A program made the translations under genes and the position numbers. A stretch of DNA of 61,512 nucleotides, filler included, from Nitrospinota bacterium (lineage in GTDB: Bacteria; JADFOP01): the NCBI GenBank assembly GCA_022562795.1. It is 3 parts of 3 records of this genome, joined end to end, with 100 filler letters (N's around TTAATTAATTAA, not from the genome) between each part and the next. Parts side by side here need not be neighbours in the genome. Positions count along the whole stretch, not along the records: positions 1 to 27,510 come from JADFOP010000028.1; 2 more parts are not named here. One strand, 5' to 3'. Position 1 is the first letter of the stretch; each line of letters starts with the position of its first letter. Shown piece after piece: positions 17,627 through 27,610 of this stretch. The notes beneath the pieces are model-generated. The model was not told the origin of the DNA and searched no databases. It saw nothing but the letters and a program-made list of their open reading frames with translations.

Positions 17627-19633
17627 ATGGACCCATCTGCCACGCGAGAAATTTTCTGGAACATCCCTCAGGCGACCATCCCTATATTTTACGGGGTGGC
17701 GGCCCTGGCAACGGCGGTCTTTGCATGGGGGTTCTGGCGTCGGTGGCAGGCCTGGTCTCAGGGCCGACCGGGGCCTGGGCTTGATGTAGTGGGCCGACGC
17801 CTTAAGGCCCTTCTTACGGAGGGGCTCGGCCAGCGGAAGCTCTTCCGGGAGCGCTTCGGCGGCTGGATGCACGCAGGGCTCATGTGGGGGTTTCTCGTCC
17901 TCCTCTACGGCACAACAGTCGTTTTCCTCGAGTACGATTTCAACTTAGGAATTTTTCGCGGGAGATCTTACCTCTTCACTTCTCTGGCCTGCGACCTCTT
18001 CGGCCTCTTTTTCCTCGGAGCAATTCTGGCGGCCGGCTGGCGCCGCTTTATAATCAAGCCCGACCGGCTTGAGCAGGGAAGAGATCTCGTAATCATGTGG
18101 GCCGCCCTCGTTCTCATCACCGTCTCCGGGTTCCTCATTGAGGGGCTCCGAATCCTGGGTACGGGATACCCGGCCTTCGAGGTCTGGTCGCCGGTGGGCT
18201 ACGGGCTGGCGGGGGTGTTTCGCCTGGCCGGACTAGGAGGCGATGCGCTCAGAGCCACCCACCTGTGGCTCTGGTGGGGACACGCCCTCCTCGTCTTCGG
18301 GCTGATCGCCTACGTCCCATTCAGCATGCTCCGCCACATAGTCGCGGCGAGCCTCAACATCCTCTATCAGCCTATGGAGGCCCCGGGCGCTCTTCGGCCC
18401 GTGACGATGGAGGAGGTGGAGGCCACAGGCAAGTTCGGCGCCGGAGAGCTGAAGGATTTCTCATGGACCCAGCTTCTAAGCCTCGACGCCTGCACCGAGT
18501 GCGGCCGCTGCCAGGACGCCTGCCCAGCCTACGCCGCAGACTTGCCCCTCTCGCCAAAGGCGGTGGTCCTCGACCTCCAGCACCACATGACAGACACCCT
18601 GGTTGGAGGCGACAAGGGGAAAGGAGCGATGCACGGCGATGTAATCCAGGCCGATACCCTATGGAGCTGCGTATCGTGCAGGGCCTGCGTCGAGGAGTGC
18701 CCGGTCATGATTGAACACATCGACATCATCGTCGATATGCGCCGCCACCTCGTGGGAGAGGGCGCAGTGCCCCCAACGGCCCGGACGACCCTCATGAAGC
18801 TCACCAACCACGGCAACGTCTACGGCTTTCCACAGGACGAGAGGGGCGAGTGGGCCGAAGGCCTGGAGCTCGCCGGGCCCGAGGAAGGCGACGAGGAGGC
18901 TTACCTCTTCTTTGTCGGGTGCGTGAGCTCCTTCGACCGCCGCAACCAGAAGATCGCCAAGGCCCTGGTAAAGGTCCTGCGCGCCGCAGGGGTGAACTTC
19001 TTCATTCTAGGGGCCAAGGAGCGATGTTCCGGCGACCCGGCCCGCCGATTCGGGGATGAGTTCCTCTTCCAGCAGTTCGTGGAGGAGAACATCGCGACCT
19101 TCGAGCAATACAAGGTCAGGCGCATAATCACCCACTGCCCTCACTGCTTCAACACTCTGAAGAACGAATACCCCCAGTTCGGGGGGAATTACGAGGTGCT
19201 CCACCACTCCCACATCATCGAGCAGCTCCTTAAGGACGGCCGCCTGCCCCTCAAGCGGACGCTCCCACAGGCACTCACCTACCATGACTCCTGCTACCTG
19301 GGTCGTCACAACCGGACATTCGACGCCCCACGGGAGGCCTTCGAGGCGGCCACGGGCGAGCCGATCCGGGAGATGGACCGCAGCCGCGACAAGAGCTTTT
19401 GCTGCGGCGGGGGGGGGGGGCACATGTGGATGGAGATAGACGTGGAGGCGCAGCGAATCAACCAGCTCCGTTTTAAGCAGGCCCTCGACGTCGAGGCCGA
19501 GACTATCGGAACCGCCTGCCCCTTCTGCGTCACCATGCTCGAAGACGCCGGGAAGGTCCTGGACCGGGAGGACGTGGAGGTGCGGGACTTCGTCGAGCTT
19601 TTGAGCGATGCGCTCGACGAGGAGCCGGCCTGA
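17627..19633 (+). CDS. membrane FeS oxidoreductase (FadF / ETF:menaquinone oxidoreductase-like)
   Basis: N-terminal His-containing TM domain, two CxxCxxCxxxCP motifs, CCG domains (YHDSCYLGR, CCGGGG, TACPFC); follows etfBA. Confidence 0.88.
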   Translation: MDPSATREIFWNIPQATIPIFYGVAALATAVFAWGFWRRWQAWSQGRPGPGLDVVGRRLKALLTEGLGQRKLFRERFGGWMHAGLMWGFLVLLYGTTVVFLEYDFNLGIFRGRSYLFTSLACDLFGLFFLGAILAAGWRRFIIKPDRLEQGRDLVIMWAALVLITVSGFLIEGLRILGTGYPAFEVWSPVGYGLAGVFRLAGLGGDALRATHLWLWWGHALLVFGLIAYVPFSMLRHIVAASLNILYQPMEAPGALRPVTMEEVEATGKFGAGELKDFSWTQLLSLDACTECGRCQDACPAYAADLPLSPKAVVLDLQHHMTDTLVGGDKGKGAMHGDVIQADTLWSCVSCRACVEECPVMIEHIDIIVDMRRHLVGEGAVPPTARTTLMKLTNHGNVYGFPQDERGEWAEGLELAGPEEGDEEAYLFFVGCVSSFDRRNQKIAKALVKVLRAAGVNFFILGAKERCSGDPARRFGDEFLFQQFVEENIATFEQYKVRRIITHCPHCFNTLKNEYPQFGGNYEVLHHSHIIEQLLKDGRLPLKRTLPQALTYHDSCYLGRHNRTFDAPREAFEAATGEPIREMDRSRDKSFCCGGGGGHMWMEIDVEAQRINQLRFKQALDVEAETIGTACPFCVTMLEDAGKVLDREDVEVRDFVELLSDALDEEPA

Positions 19634-19744
19634 GCGGAAATCGACTTATTCCCGAGAACTTCCCGGCTCAACTCACCACACGTTGCGACGATATAAAAGG
19701 ACGGGTATGGTAGGCTACATGGATGTCGCCGGAGGCCAACGGCC

Positions 19745-20212
19745 ATGATGCCACTTGATCACATCAAACACTCGTCATGGTTCAGCCTCGTCCTGTGGGC
19801 CGTCGCAGGTCTGCCCACGGCCGCCGTCGTATTTGTCTCGAGCCTGCTCATTGACATCGACCACTGGCTCTGGAGCATCTGGGCCTTCGGCCACTGGTCG
19901 CCCTTCAAGGCCGTCCGGTGGCACCTTTCAACCTTGAAGGACCCATCGAGCAAATACCACACCTGCTGTGTCTTCCACACCGTTGAGTTCCTCTCGGCCT
20001 TGGGCGCAGTGGCTCTCTTTTCGCCCTTCGCCAGGGCGGTCTTCGTCGGCTGCCTTTTCCACATCGCACTGGACCTCTATTACCACTTCAGCAGCGAGCC
20101 TGACCGGAGGGTTGACCTGCGGGTGAAATACCTCCTCACCCCGTTCCTGTCCAAGTTAGCCCGCCGCGAGGTCTACGTCCGGACTGAGGCCGCTGCCGCC
20201 AGGTGGCGATAA
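19745..20212 (+). CDS. membrane-bound metal-dependent hydrolase-like protein (YdjM/DUF457-like)
   Basis: N-terminal His, DIDH, FHT and HIALD motifs in a hydrophobic protein. Confidence 0.6.
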   Translation: MMPLDHIKHSSWFSLVLWAVAGLPTAAVVFVSSLLIDIDHWLWSIWAFGHWSPFKAVRWHLSTLKDPSSKYHTCCVFHTVEFLSALGAVALFSPFARAVFVGCLFHIALDLYYHFSSEPDRRVDLRVKYLLTPFLSKLARREVYVRTEAAAARWR

Positions 20213-20353
20213 GATCCCTTGCGCCAACCTAGCCACCGAGGCCCTGGACCCACCCCAGGCCCTCGGCTCATCCCGAACTCTATTGTTTCATAAGTTGATA
20301 AGAACCATACTTTATGGAAAAGGGAAAACACTAAAGGGAAGGAGGAGACAGAG

Positions 20354-20626
20354 ATGACAGAGCCTGTCCAGATTAGTGTTCAGCCCACACCGAATCCCAA
20401 CAGCGCGAAGTTCGTCCTGGACCGGGAGGCCGCTGGCGGCGAGATGAAGAGCTACATGCGAAAGGAAGAGGCCGAAGGCGACCCCCTGGGAGAGGCTATA
20501 TTCGCCATCGAGGGGGTGGAGACCGTCTTCATGATGGCCAACTTCGTCACCGTGAACAAGGCTGCTGAGGCCGACTGGAACAACCTCATCGGGCCCGTGG
20601 AAGAGGCAATCAGGGCCCACCTTTAA
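20354..20626 (+). CDS. NifU N-terminal (Nfu_N scaffold) domain protein
   Basis: PTPNPNSAKF..IEGV..VF...NFVTV.K...W. Confidence 0.85.
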   Translation: MTEPVQISVQPTPNPNSAKFVLDREAAGGEMKSYMRKEEAEGDPLGEAIFAIEGVETVFMMANFVTVNKAAEADWNNLIGPVEEAIRAHL

Positions 20627-20630
20627 GCCC

Positions 20631-21683
20631 TCAGACGGAGCAAATCGCCTGCAGCGTCTCTTCGTACGGAGCCCTTACAATCCCTCGCTCGGTGATGATG
20701 GCCGTGATGAGCTTCGAGGGGGTTACGTCGAAGGCGGGGTTGGCCACACCGATGCCCTCAGGGGCGACGCGCTTCCCCGCCCAAGTGGTGATCTCCTCGG
20801 GCGAGCGCTCCTCAATAGGAATTTCAGCACCCGAAGGCAGGCCGAGATCGACCGTGGAGGTGGGAGCCGCCACGTAGAACGGCACCTCGTGCTCCCGAGC
20901 CAGAACGGCCAGGGTGTATGTGCCGATCTTGTTTGCCGTATCGCCATTGGCGGCGATGCGGTCGGCGCCGACGATTACGAGGTCCACGGCCCCCTGCTGG
21001 AGGAAGTGGCCGGCCATGTTGTCGGTTATGAGCTGGATGGGAATGCCGTCGCGGGCGAACTCCCACGCCGTAAGGCGGCTTCCCTGGAGGAACGGGCGGG
21101 TCTCGTCGACGTAGACGGAGATGGTCTTGCCCTGGTAGTGGGCGGTTCGGATAACTCCGCCTGCCGTCCCGTATCCCGCCGTCGCCAACCCGCCGGCGTT
21201 ACAGTGAGTGAGCACCATAGCGCCCTCGTCGATTAGGGTAGCTCCGGCCTGGCCCAAGGCCTGGCAGGTGGCGACATCCTCTTCGAGAATCGACAACGCC
21301 TCATGCTCCAGGGCCTTGGCCACCTCAGGAAGGGCCGACTTTTGGTGGCGTTCGGCCACTGCCCGCATCCGCTCGATGGCCCAAAAGAGATTCCGCGCCG
21401 TCGGGCGGGTGTCGCTCAACCTCTGGAAAGAGGCCTCCAGGGCGTTCCAGAAGGCCTCTGGCTCGCCGGCGTCGATGGCTCTGACTGCTACCAACACGCC
21501 CAGGGCCGCCGTCACCCCTATAGCCGGAGCCCCACGGACCACCATCGTCTCGATCGCCTGGGCGACCTCTTCGACGGTCCGTAACTTGAGAAAAACCTCC
21601 TCCGCCGGAAGCTTTCGCTGATCGATCAGCACCACAGCCCCGTCTCGCCAGGCCACGGTTGGGATGAGGGGAACCTCCCTCAT
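20631..21683 (-). CDS. mtnA: methylthioribose-1-phosphate isomerase
   Basis: VRGAPAIG, RPTA.NL, THCNAG.LAT, ETRP.LQG.RLT, NKIGTY. Confidence 0.95.
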   Translation of the reverse strand: MREVPLIPTVAWRDGAVVLIDQRKLPAEEVFLKLRTVEEVAQAIETMVVRGAPAIGVTAALGVLVAVRAIDAGEPEAFWNALEASFQRLSDTRPTARNLFWAIERMRAVAERHQKSALPEVAKALEHEALSILEEDVATCQALGQAGATLIDEGAMVLTHCNAGGLATAGYGTAGGVIRTAHYQGKTISVYVDETRPFLQGSRLTAWEFARDGIPIQLITDNMAGHFLQQGAVDLVIVGADRIAANGDTANKIGTYTLAVLAREHEVPFYVAAPTSTVDLGLPSGAEIPIEERSPEEITTWAGKRVAPEGIGVANPAFDVTPSKLITAIITERGIVRAPYEETLQAICSV

Positions 21684-21982
21684 AGGAGCTCCATCTGCCC
21701 GCCGAGCCGCGCCCGAGCTTCTTCGAGGCTGACCCCGGCGACGTCCAGCACCTTCCGCCTTCCTCGCTCGCCCCTAACGATGGCGACGGCATCTTTGGCG
21801 ACACCAAAGGTTTTCGCCACGAAAGCGATTAGCGCTTGGTTCGCCTTGCCATTGACGGGCGGGGCAGCCACCCGCACACGCAGGATATCTCCATGCGGCC
21901 CGGTCCATCCGGTTTCCTTTGCGCGAGGCTGGACCTGAACGGTGAGTCGCACTCCTTCTTTCGTTGAATGGAGGGCTCCCAT
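21680..21982 (-). CDS. yggU: DUF167 (YggU) family protein
   Basis: VQVQP, AAPPVNGKAN and G..GR.K; conserved operon context. Confidence 0.9.
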   Translation of the reverse strand: MGALHSTKEGVRLTVQVQPRAKETGWTGPHGDILRVRVAAPPVNGKANQALIAFVAKTFGVAKDAVAIVRGERGRRKVLDVAGVSLEEARARLGGQMELL

Positions 21983-21984
21983 GG

Positions 21985-22533
21985 CTATCCTCGCGGCTTG
22001 GGAGGCGCCGTCGAGGGGGCCTTGGCCCCTTCCGTCTCTAGCAGCCGGAGCTGACTCTCCAGCAGGTTCCGCACCTGCTCGATCATCTCCCGGCGCTGCT
22101 CGGCGAGGGCCTCGACCTCCTCTTGGGCCTTTGCCCTCTCGTGGCGGGCAACCTCCACGATGGCCTGGGCCTCCCGCGCGGCAATGGCCCGCGCCTCCGC
22201 CGTCTCAGTGCGGAGCGCCTCCTTAGTCTGGGCCATCGCCTTCTCGGCCGCCCCGAGGGCTTGTTCTCTGTCCCGCTGCGCCGCGCCCAAGGCCTGGGCC
22301 TTCGACCTTTCCGCAGCATTTAGGGCCTCGCGCAGCCGTTTGACCTCCATCTCAAGGGCCTTGGACTTCTCTTCCAGGCGCTTTACCTTCTGTCTCGTTG
22401 CCTTGCCGGCTTGAATGATGATCTCGAACTCGTCGGCGACCATCTCCAGGAAGGTGTCCACCTCCTCTGGGTCGAAACCTCTAAGCTTCACATGGAAGCG
22501 CTGCTGCCTGATCTCCTGGGGCGTTATCTCCAC
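21985..22533 (-). CDS. divIVA: DivIVA domain protein
   Basis: ITPQEI...F...LRGFDPEEVD.FL followed by coiled coil. Confidence 0.9.
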   Translation of the reverse strand: MEITPQEIRQQRFHVKLRGFDPEEVDTFLEMVADEFEIIIQAGKATRQKVKRLEEKSKALEMEVKRLREALNAAERSKAQALGAAQRDREQALGAAEKAMAQTKEALRTETAEARAIAAREAQAIVEVARHERAKAQEEVEALAEQRREMIEQVRNLLESQLRLLETEGAKAPSTAPPKPRG

Positions 22534-22545
22534 GAGTGGCCCTCT

Positions 22546-22845
22546 CTATCGGAGGCGTTGCGCGAGGTCCAGGAGGCTGCGAATCAGGAAAACTCTTGTA
22601 AAATAGATAGCCAGCAGGACGATGATGGGCGAGAAATCGAGGCCCCATCCAGACATGGGGAGATACCGGCGGACTCTGTAGAAGACGGGCTCGGTGGCTT
22701 GGTGGAGGAAGCGGACGATGGGGTTATACGGGTCGGCGCCGACCCACGAGATGATTACCGACCCGATGACAATCCACATGTAGGCCCAAAGCACATAGCT
22801 CAATATCAGCGCCACAGCCTGGAGGAAGTTGCCAAAGACAAACAC
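22546..22845 (-). CDS. yggT: YggT family membrane protein
   Basis: SWV..DPYNP...TEP..GLDFSPI. Confidence 0.92.
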   Translation of the reverse strand: MFVFGNFLQAVALILSYVLWAYMWIVIGSVIISWVGADPYNPIVRFLHQATEPVFYRVRRYLPMSGWGLDFSPIIVLLAIYFTRVFLIRSLLDLAQRLR

Positions 22846-22856
22846 GTCCGCCTCCG

Positions 22857-23669
22857 CTAAAAGAGACCCAGCTCTTTGGAGCGTCGGGTGGCGGCCGCCA
22901 CCGCCTCCATGAAGGCTGCCCTAAGCCCTCTGGCCTCCAGCGCCGCGAGGCCCGCGATGGTCGTCCCTCCGGGGCTGGCCACATTGTCGCGCAGCACCGC
23001 CGGATGTTCGCCCGACTCCAAGACGAGCTTCGCCGTCCCATAGACCGTCTGAGCCGCGAGGAGTTGGGCCTCAGACCGTGGGATACCTTGCCGGACGCCG
23101 GCATCGGCGAGGGCTTCGATGACCATTAAAATATAGGCCGGGCCGCTGCCGGACAACCCTGTCACCGCATCGAGGAGCGACTCAGGTACCCGGACCACGC
23201 TGCCGACTGCCTCGAAGAGGACCGTCACCTCCCGGAGGTCCTTCTCGGTCGCCCAGGTGCCGCCAGCCAAGGCGCAGGCGCCCGCCCCGACGAGAGCAGG
23301 CGTGTTGGGCATGGCGCGGACACATCGGACCCGATGCTTGAGAGAGGCCTCGATGGTCTCCAGGGTAAGCCCGGCGGCGATGGAAATGAGTAGGTGATGC
23401 TCATCAACAACCGGGGCGATGCTGGATAAGGCCTCGGAGGCGTCCTGGGGTTTCACGGCCAAGATGATGATCTCCGCAACTTGAGCCGCCTCGGCGTTGC
23501 TCTCCGCCTGCACCGCCTCGAACGTCCTGCCGATCTCCTGCAACCGCTCAGGCCGGATGTCGGCAGCAACGATCTGCTCAGGTCTCCTAAGGCCGACGTT
23601 CAAAATCCCGCGGATGAGGGCCTCGGCCATCTGGCCCGCACCGATGAAGGCTATGCGCTTCGTCCTCAC
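22857..23669 (-). CDS. proC: pyrroline-5-carboxylate reductase
   Basis: IGAGQM, AVKPQ, RAMPNTP, SGSGPAY, SPGGTT. Confidence 0.96.
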   Translation of the reverse strand: MRTKRIAFIGAGQMAEALIRGILNVGLRRPEQIVAADIRPERLQEIGRTFEAVQAESNAEAAQVAEIIILAVKPQDASEALSSIAPVVDEHHLLISIAAGLTLETIEASLKHRVRCVRAMPNTPALVGAGACALAGGTWATEKDLREVTVLFEAVGSVVRVPESLLDAVTGLSGSGPAYILMVIEALADAGVRQGIPRSEAQLLAAQTVYGTAKLVLESGEHPAVLRDNVASPGGTTIAGLAALEARGLRAAFMEAVAAATRRSKELGLF

Positions 23670-24409
23670 AGATGCGTCTCCCGGGGCCCAAAGAGGGCGG
23701 TCCCTATCCGGACGATGGTCGCTCCCTCCTCTATGGCGACCTCGAAGTCGCCGGTCATCCCCATGGAGAGGTGCGTCATATCCACCCCCTCGAGGCCGGC
23801 CCGGCCGATTTCGTCCCGAAGGAGGCGCAGCGCCTTGAAATGGGCCCTGTTCGCCTCCGGCTCAGCAACCAGGGGCGGCATGGTCATAAGGCCACGAAGG
23901 CGCACCCGCTCGAGCCGACCGACGGCTCTGGCCAGGGCAACCGCCTCGTCAGGCGCGACACCGCACTTCGAGGCCTCGCCAGCCGAATTGACCTCAATTA
24001 GAACGTCCATCGCCTCATCTTTTGCAGCGGCCCGCCGCTCAATCTCCTCGGCGAGGGCGACGGAGTCGACCGAATGGATGAGGTCGAAGAGGTCGAAACA
24101 GTGTTTAACCTTGTTGCGCTGCAGGGGTCCCACCAAGTGCCACGAGAGCCCCGGGCGGCCGACCAGCGGAATCTTGGCCCGCGCCTCCTGAACCCGGTTC
24201 TCCCCGAAGACGGTCAGGCCACAATCGATCGCCCCCCGGACGACCTCCGCCGGGAAGCTTTTGGTGACGGCCACCAGAGTGACCTCGGCGGGGTCTCGCC
24301 CGGCTTGGCTGGCGGCCCGGGCGATGCGCTCCCGGACCTGGGCGATCCGCTCGCTCAAAAGCTCGATAGCCGCTACGGAGGTGGCTTCCTGTGAACCCAT
24401 AACGATCAA
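23666..24409 (-). CDS. yggS: PLP homeostasis protein YggS
   Basis: AVTK, FGENRVQE, LQRNK, GLMTMP, LSMGM, VRIGTALFG. Confidence 0.95.
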   Translation of the reverse strand: MIVMGSQEATSVAAIELLSERIAQVRERIARAASQAGRDPAEVTLVAVTKSFPAEVVRGAIDCGLTVFGENRVQEARAKIPLVGRPGLSWHLVGPLQRNKVKHCFDLFDLIHSVDSVALAEEIERRAAAKDEAMDVLIEVNSAGEASKCGVAPDEAVALARAVGRLERVRLRGLMTMPPLVAEPEANRAHFKALRLLRDEIGRAGLEGVDMTHLSMGMTGDFEVAIEEGATIVRIGTALFGPRETHL

Positions 24410-24473
24410 TCATGGTATCACCCCGGGACGGGCGCTGCAAGGGAAATCCATATGTTCCAGTGAGCTGGCCAGC

Positions 24474-24502
24474 TTGACAGGGGCCCGACCTGCGCTTATG
24501 CT
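24474..24502 (+). promoter_or_regulatory. sigma70-like promoter
   Basis: TTGACA-17 bp-TATGCT upstream of the DUF1122-like gene. Confidence 0.65.
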
Positions 24503-24520
24503 ACCGAAGTTGGGAGCCAG

Positions 24521-25354
24521 GTGACGATGGCCATTGACCAAAGAGTCCAGACTATCCCCAAGCCCCTTGAGGCTCTCGTGGGCCGCCCGGTGGGCCCTTA
24601 TACTCTCCATGTTACACGATGCGAGCCCCAAGCCCGTCGTAGCGGCTGGAGGAGGGTCGCATTTTGCCTGACCGACAGCGACGGCCGACAGGCCGACCGC
24701 CCCGTGGTGGAGGGCTTCTACAGCATCGCCGGCCAGCGAGTCGGCAGCTGGCTCGACTGCGACGTCTACCCCATTCAGGCCTTCGACGGCTCCAGGGTCG
24801 ACATCACCGAGGAGGGGGTCGCCATCGAGCTGTTTAGGGTGTTAGGCGAGGCAATCACCAGCCACTGCATGGTGTCCTACGAGGTCTGGGAGCAAACTTC
24901 TCCTCTACACACCATCACGGAGCGGAGCTACCGCCTCGGCATTCCTCCTGAGGCGACGCCCGTGGGAGAGCTCCTCATCGCCGCCGGCTGTGTCGCCGGC
25001 TTCAAGGATTGGTATATCGCCGAGGGGGGCAACGAAGGGCCTCGCAAGCTCCAGGCCGAGAAACCCCCGAACGAGGCCGCCCATTCAACAGCCCTCGCCA
25101 CGCTGGCCCGCTCCCTCTCCGGCTATCTGGCATCCCAACCCGTGGCGGGAGCCGAGGCCGTGGAACTCGACTGCCGGGCCCGGGCTGCGCGCCTCCTGGA
25201 GAGTCTAGAGTGGCCTGAGGCGGTGGGCCCTATGGCCCGAGCCGTCGCCGCTTCGGCAGGCGAAGTGGAAGGTCTCCTTCGGGACGGGCAAGAGCGGGTC
25301 CTGGAGACCCTCGCGGCCCGACGTCCCCCCTGGAACCTGGAGGATGGACCATGA
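24521..25354 (+). CDS. DUF1122-like protein
   Basis: T..G..L..AG..FKDWYIAEGGNEGPRKLQAEKP matches the recalled DUF1122 signature. Confidence 0.7.
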   Translation: MTMAIDQRVQTIPKPLEALVGRPVGPYTLHVTRCEPQARRSGWRRVAFCLTDSDGRQADRPVVEGFYSIAGQRVGSWLDCDVYPIQAFDGSRVDITEEGVAIELFRVLGEAITSHCMVSYEVWEQTSPLHTITERSYRLGIPPEATPVGELLIAAGCVAGFKDWYIAEGGNEGPRKLQAEKPPNEAAHSTALATLARSLSGYLASQPVAGAEAVELDCRARAARLLESLEWPEAVGPMARAVAASAGEVEGLLRDGQERVLETLAARRPPWNLEDGP

Positions 25355-26616
25355 AACGTCTCGCTCCATTGCTGGCCCTGTTCCTTACCGCGGGAGGCGC
25401 CTTCGCCGAGACCCCGCCCGCCCTAGAGCCCTGCAAGGCGGTGGATGAGTTCAACCTCCACGACCCCCGCCGGCCGGAAACACGCTTCACCACACCGCCC
25501 TACGTGGCCCTCGCCGCTTCAGGGAAGCTCAAGCGAATGGTCCATCGGACCCGGCCGTCACGCCAGGAAATCGCCCTGGCCCCCGAGCAGGCGGCTTGCC
25601 TCGAGAGCCTCACCGGCGCCCTGATGACCGCCGTGCGGGCCGAATCGACCTACCGCTATAAGCTACAGACTCCCGCCGGAACCCTGTTAATCTTTCACGT
25701 GGGCGACCTCGTGGGCAGCGAGGCCATCCCTCCTACCCAAGTCGAACGGCTGCTGGCCAACGCCGAGCGGTTCCTAGCGGAAGGCAACCGCGAGGAGTCC
25801 GCCAAAGCCTACCTTGAGGTGCTCAAGGCCGAGCCCCGCCCCGTCGAGGCGGCGACGGCTTTCACGGCGCTCGGAATGATGGAGAAGGAAGCAGGCCAGA
25901 AATTCAAAGCCTTGTACCACTTCCGTAAAGCCGTGGAAGCCCATCCCAGCTCAACCCTCGCCCTCCAAGAGCAGGCCGCCCTCGCCGTAGCTCTGAATCA
26001 GCCCGAGGAAGCCCGGCTGGCCAACGAGGCCCTCACCAAGCTGATCCCTGGCCGGCCCGGCCCCTACGTAGCCCTCATCCAGCTGGCTAAGAAGCAAGAC
26101 GACCAGGAGGAGATGGTACGCCTCTTCAGCAAGCTCCAGGCCGTCGACCGGAAGGCCGCCGAGCACCTTGCTCACACGATGCCTGAGCTCAAGGGCCGGC
26201 TTAGGGCCGTGCGGGAGCACGCTCCCACGGTCAAGGACGTGCTGGAGATTCCGCTCAACGCCCGGCCCGGGGGAACCCTCACGGTCGATGTCAGCGTCAA
26301 CGGCAGCGAGCCGATGACCTTCATGGTCGATACGGGCGCCTCCTTCGTGAGCCTAAAGGAAGAGACCGCCCGGCGCCTCGGTATCGAGATCGACCCGGAG
26401 CGCAAGGGGGTTTTCATAACGGCCAGCGGCCCCCAAACGTCATTCGTAATCAATATTGAGCGGATGGAGATCAAGGGAATCGAAGCCAAAGACGTCAGTG
26501 GCGCCATCCTCAACCAAGACTTCGGAGGGGGGGTGGAGGGCCTCCTCGGCCAGAGCTTCCTCCAAAAAATCAACGCCCGCATCGACATCGCCAAGAAGGT
26601 GATGATTATCGAGTAA
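25351..26616 (+). CDS. exported TPR protein with C-terminal retropepsin-like aspartic protease
   Basis: Signal peptide, TPR units, FMVDTGAS and GLLGQSFL. Confidence 0.85.
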   Translation: MKRLAPLLALFLTAGGAFAETPPALEPCKAVDEFNLHDPRRPETRFTTPPYVALAASGKLKRMVHRTRPSRQEIALAPEQAACLESLTGALMTAVRAESTYRYKLQTPAGTLLIFHVGDLVGSEAIPPTQVERLLANAERFLAEGNREESAKAYLEVLKAEPRPVEAATAFTALGMMEKEAGQKFKALYHFRKAVEAHPSSTLALQEQAALAVALNQPEEARLANEALTKLIPGRPGPYVALIQLAKKQDDQEEMVRLFSKLQAVDRKAAEHLAHTMPELKGRLRAVREHAPTVKDVLEIPLNARPGGTLTVDVSVNGSEPMTFMVDTGASFVSLKEETARRLGIEIDPERKGVFITASGPQTSFVINIERMEIKGIEAKDVSGAILNQDFGGGVEGLLGQSFLQKINARIDIAKKVMIIE

Positions 26617-26817
26617 GAGAGTGGGCGGCCCCAAGGCGCTCTATTTGCTGGCGCTCCCAGGCTACGGGATGCAGACCGGCCCAGCAGACCATAACGTCTT
26701 ATTTTCAATAAATCACTCCTCCCCAGCGCGGCCGTTAATACCGTTGCATTTGCTCTCCGAGGCCATTATCCTGCTTACAATCAGGTAAGACGGCTCCTTC
26801 GGAAGAGGACGTCTGCA

Positions 26818-27510
26818 ATGCCTCACCGCTCGTGGCTTTGGGTAACGCTGCTGGGTTTAGGCCTCGTTGGGTTTTTGAGCGGATGCCGCTCAGCCCCGCC
26901 ACCGCCTCCCGCGCCTTCCGCCGAGACCCCCGTCGGGCCCCTCTGCCAGCTCCAAGGCCGCCCCGACATTCCTGCGACCCTCGGGGAGGGATGGAGCTTT
27001 TGCGTCAGGCAGCAGGCCGACTGCAACCTGGCCAACGCCTCCGAGGCGGTTCGCCTCCGCTGGTGCGTCCAGTCAACCGCTCAAATATGCCTCGATACGG
27101 GCTGCAAGAAGCACCGGGCCAAAGAGTGCCGGCTTGGAGTGGACGCGCCTCCAGGGGCGGAGCTTCAGGCCACACCGCCTCGAAACACCATGTGCGGGAA
27201 GAGGTGGAAGTGCACGGTGCGCGCCCCACGGCCGTCCGTCTTTCTATGCAAGTGTGAGTGCCCCGGGTGCCCAGGGGTCCCTCAGGCCCGGCATTCGAGA
27301 GCGCCTCTGCTGCCGCTTGCTGAGGGCGCCTACGCCGTTGTCGCCGTATGGGACGAGGGCTTCTGCCTCAGCGGGAAGGTGCGGGTGAGTAAGTTTGAGG
27401 GCGAAGCCTTCACCCTGACCACAGCCGGGAAATGCCTGCCGGCGGGACTTAAGCTGCGGGCGGTATTCGCTCGCTCTGGAGGCGCCTTCTTCGCCGTGGG
27501 TGAAGACCCC
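26818..27510 (+). CDS. Cys-rich lipoprotein (3' truncated at contig end)
   Basis: LSGC lipobox, Pro-rich linker, 16 Cys in the visible part. Confidence 0.6.
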
Positions 27511-27610
27511 NNNNNNNNNNNNNNNNNNNNNNNNNNNNNNNNNNNNNNNNNNNNTTAATTAATTAANNNNNNNNNNNNNNNNNNNNNNNNNNNNNNNNNN
27601 NNNNNNNNNN
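27511..27610. other. artificial contig linker
   Basis: N runs flanking TTAATTAATTAA (stops in all six frames). Confidence 0.98.

Noticed and set aside
27511-27610. TTAATTAATTAA palindrome within N runs (also 54633-54732)
   Set aside because: Artificial scaffold linker, not biology
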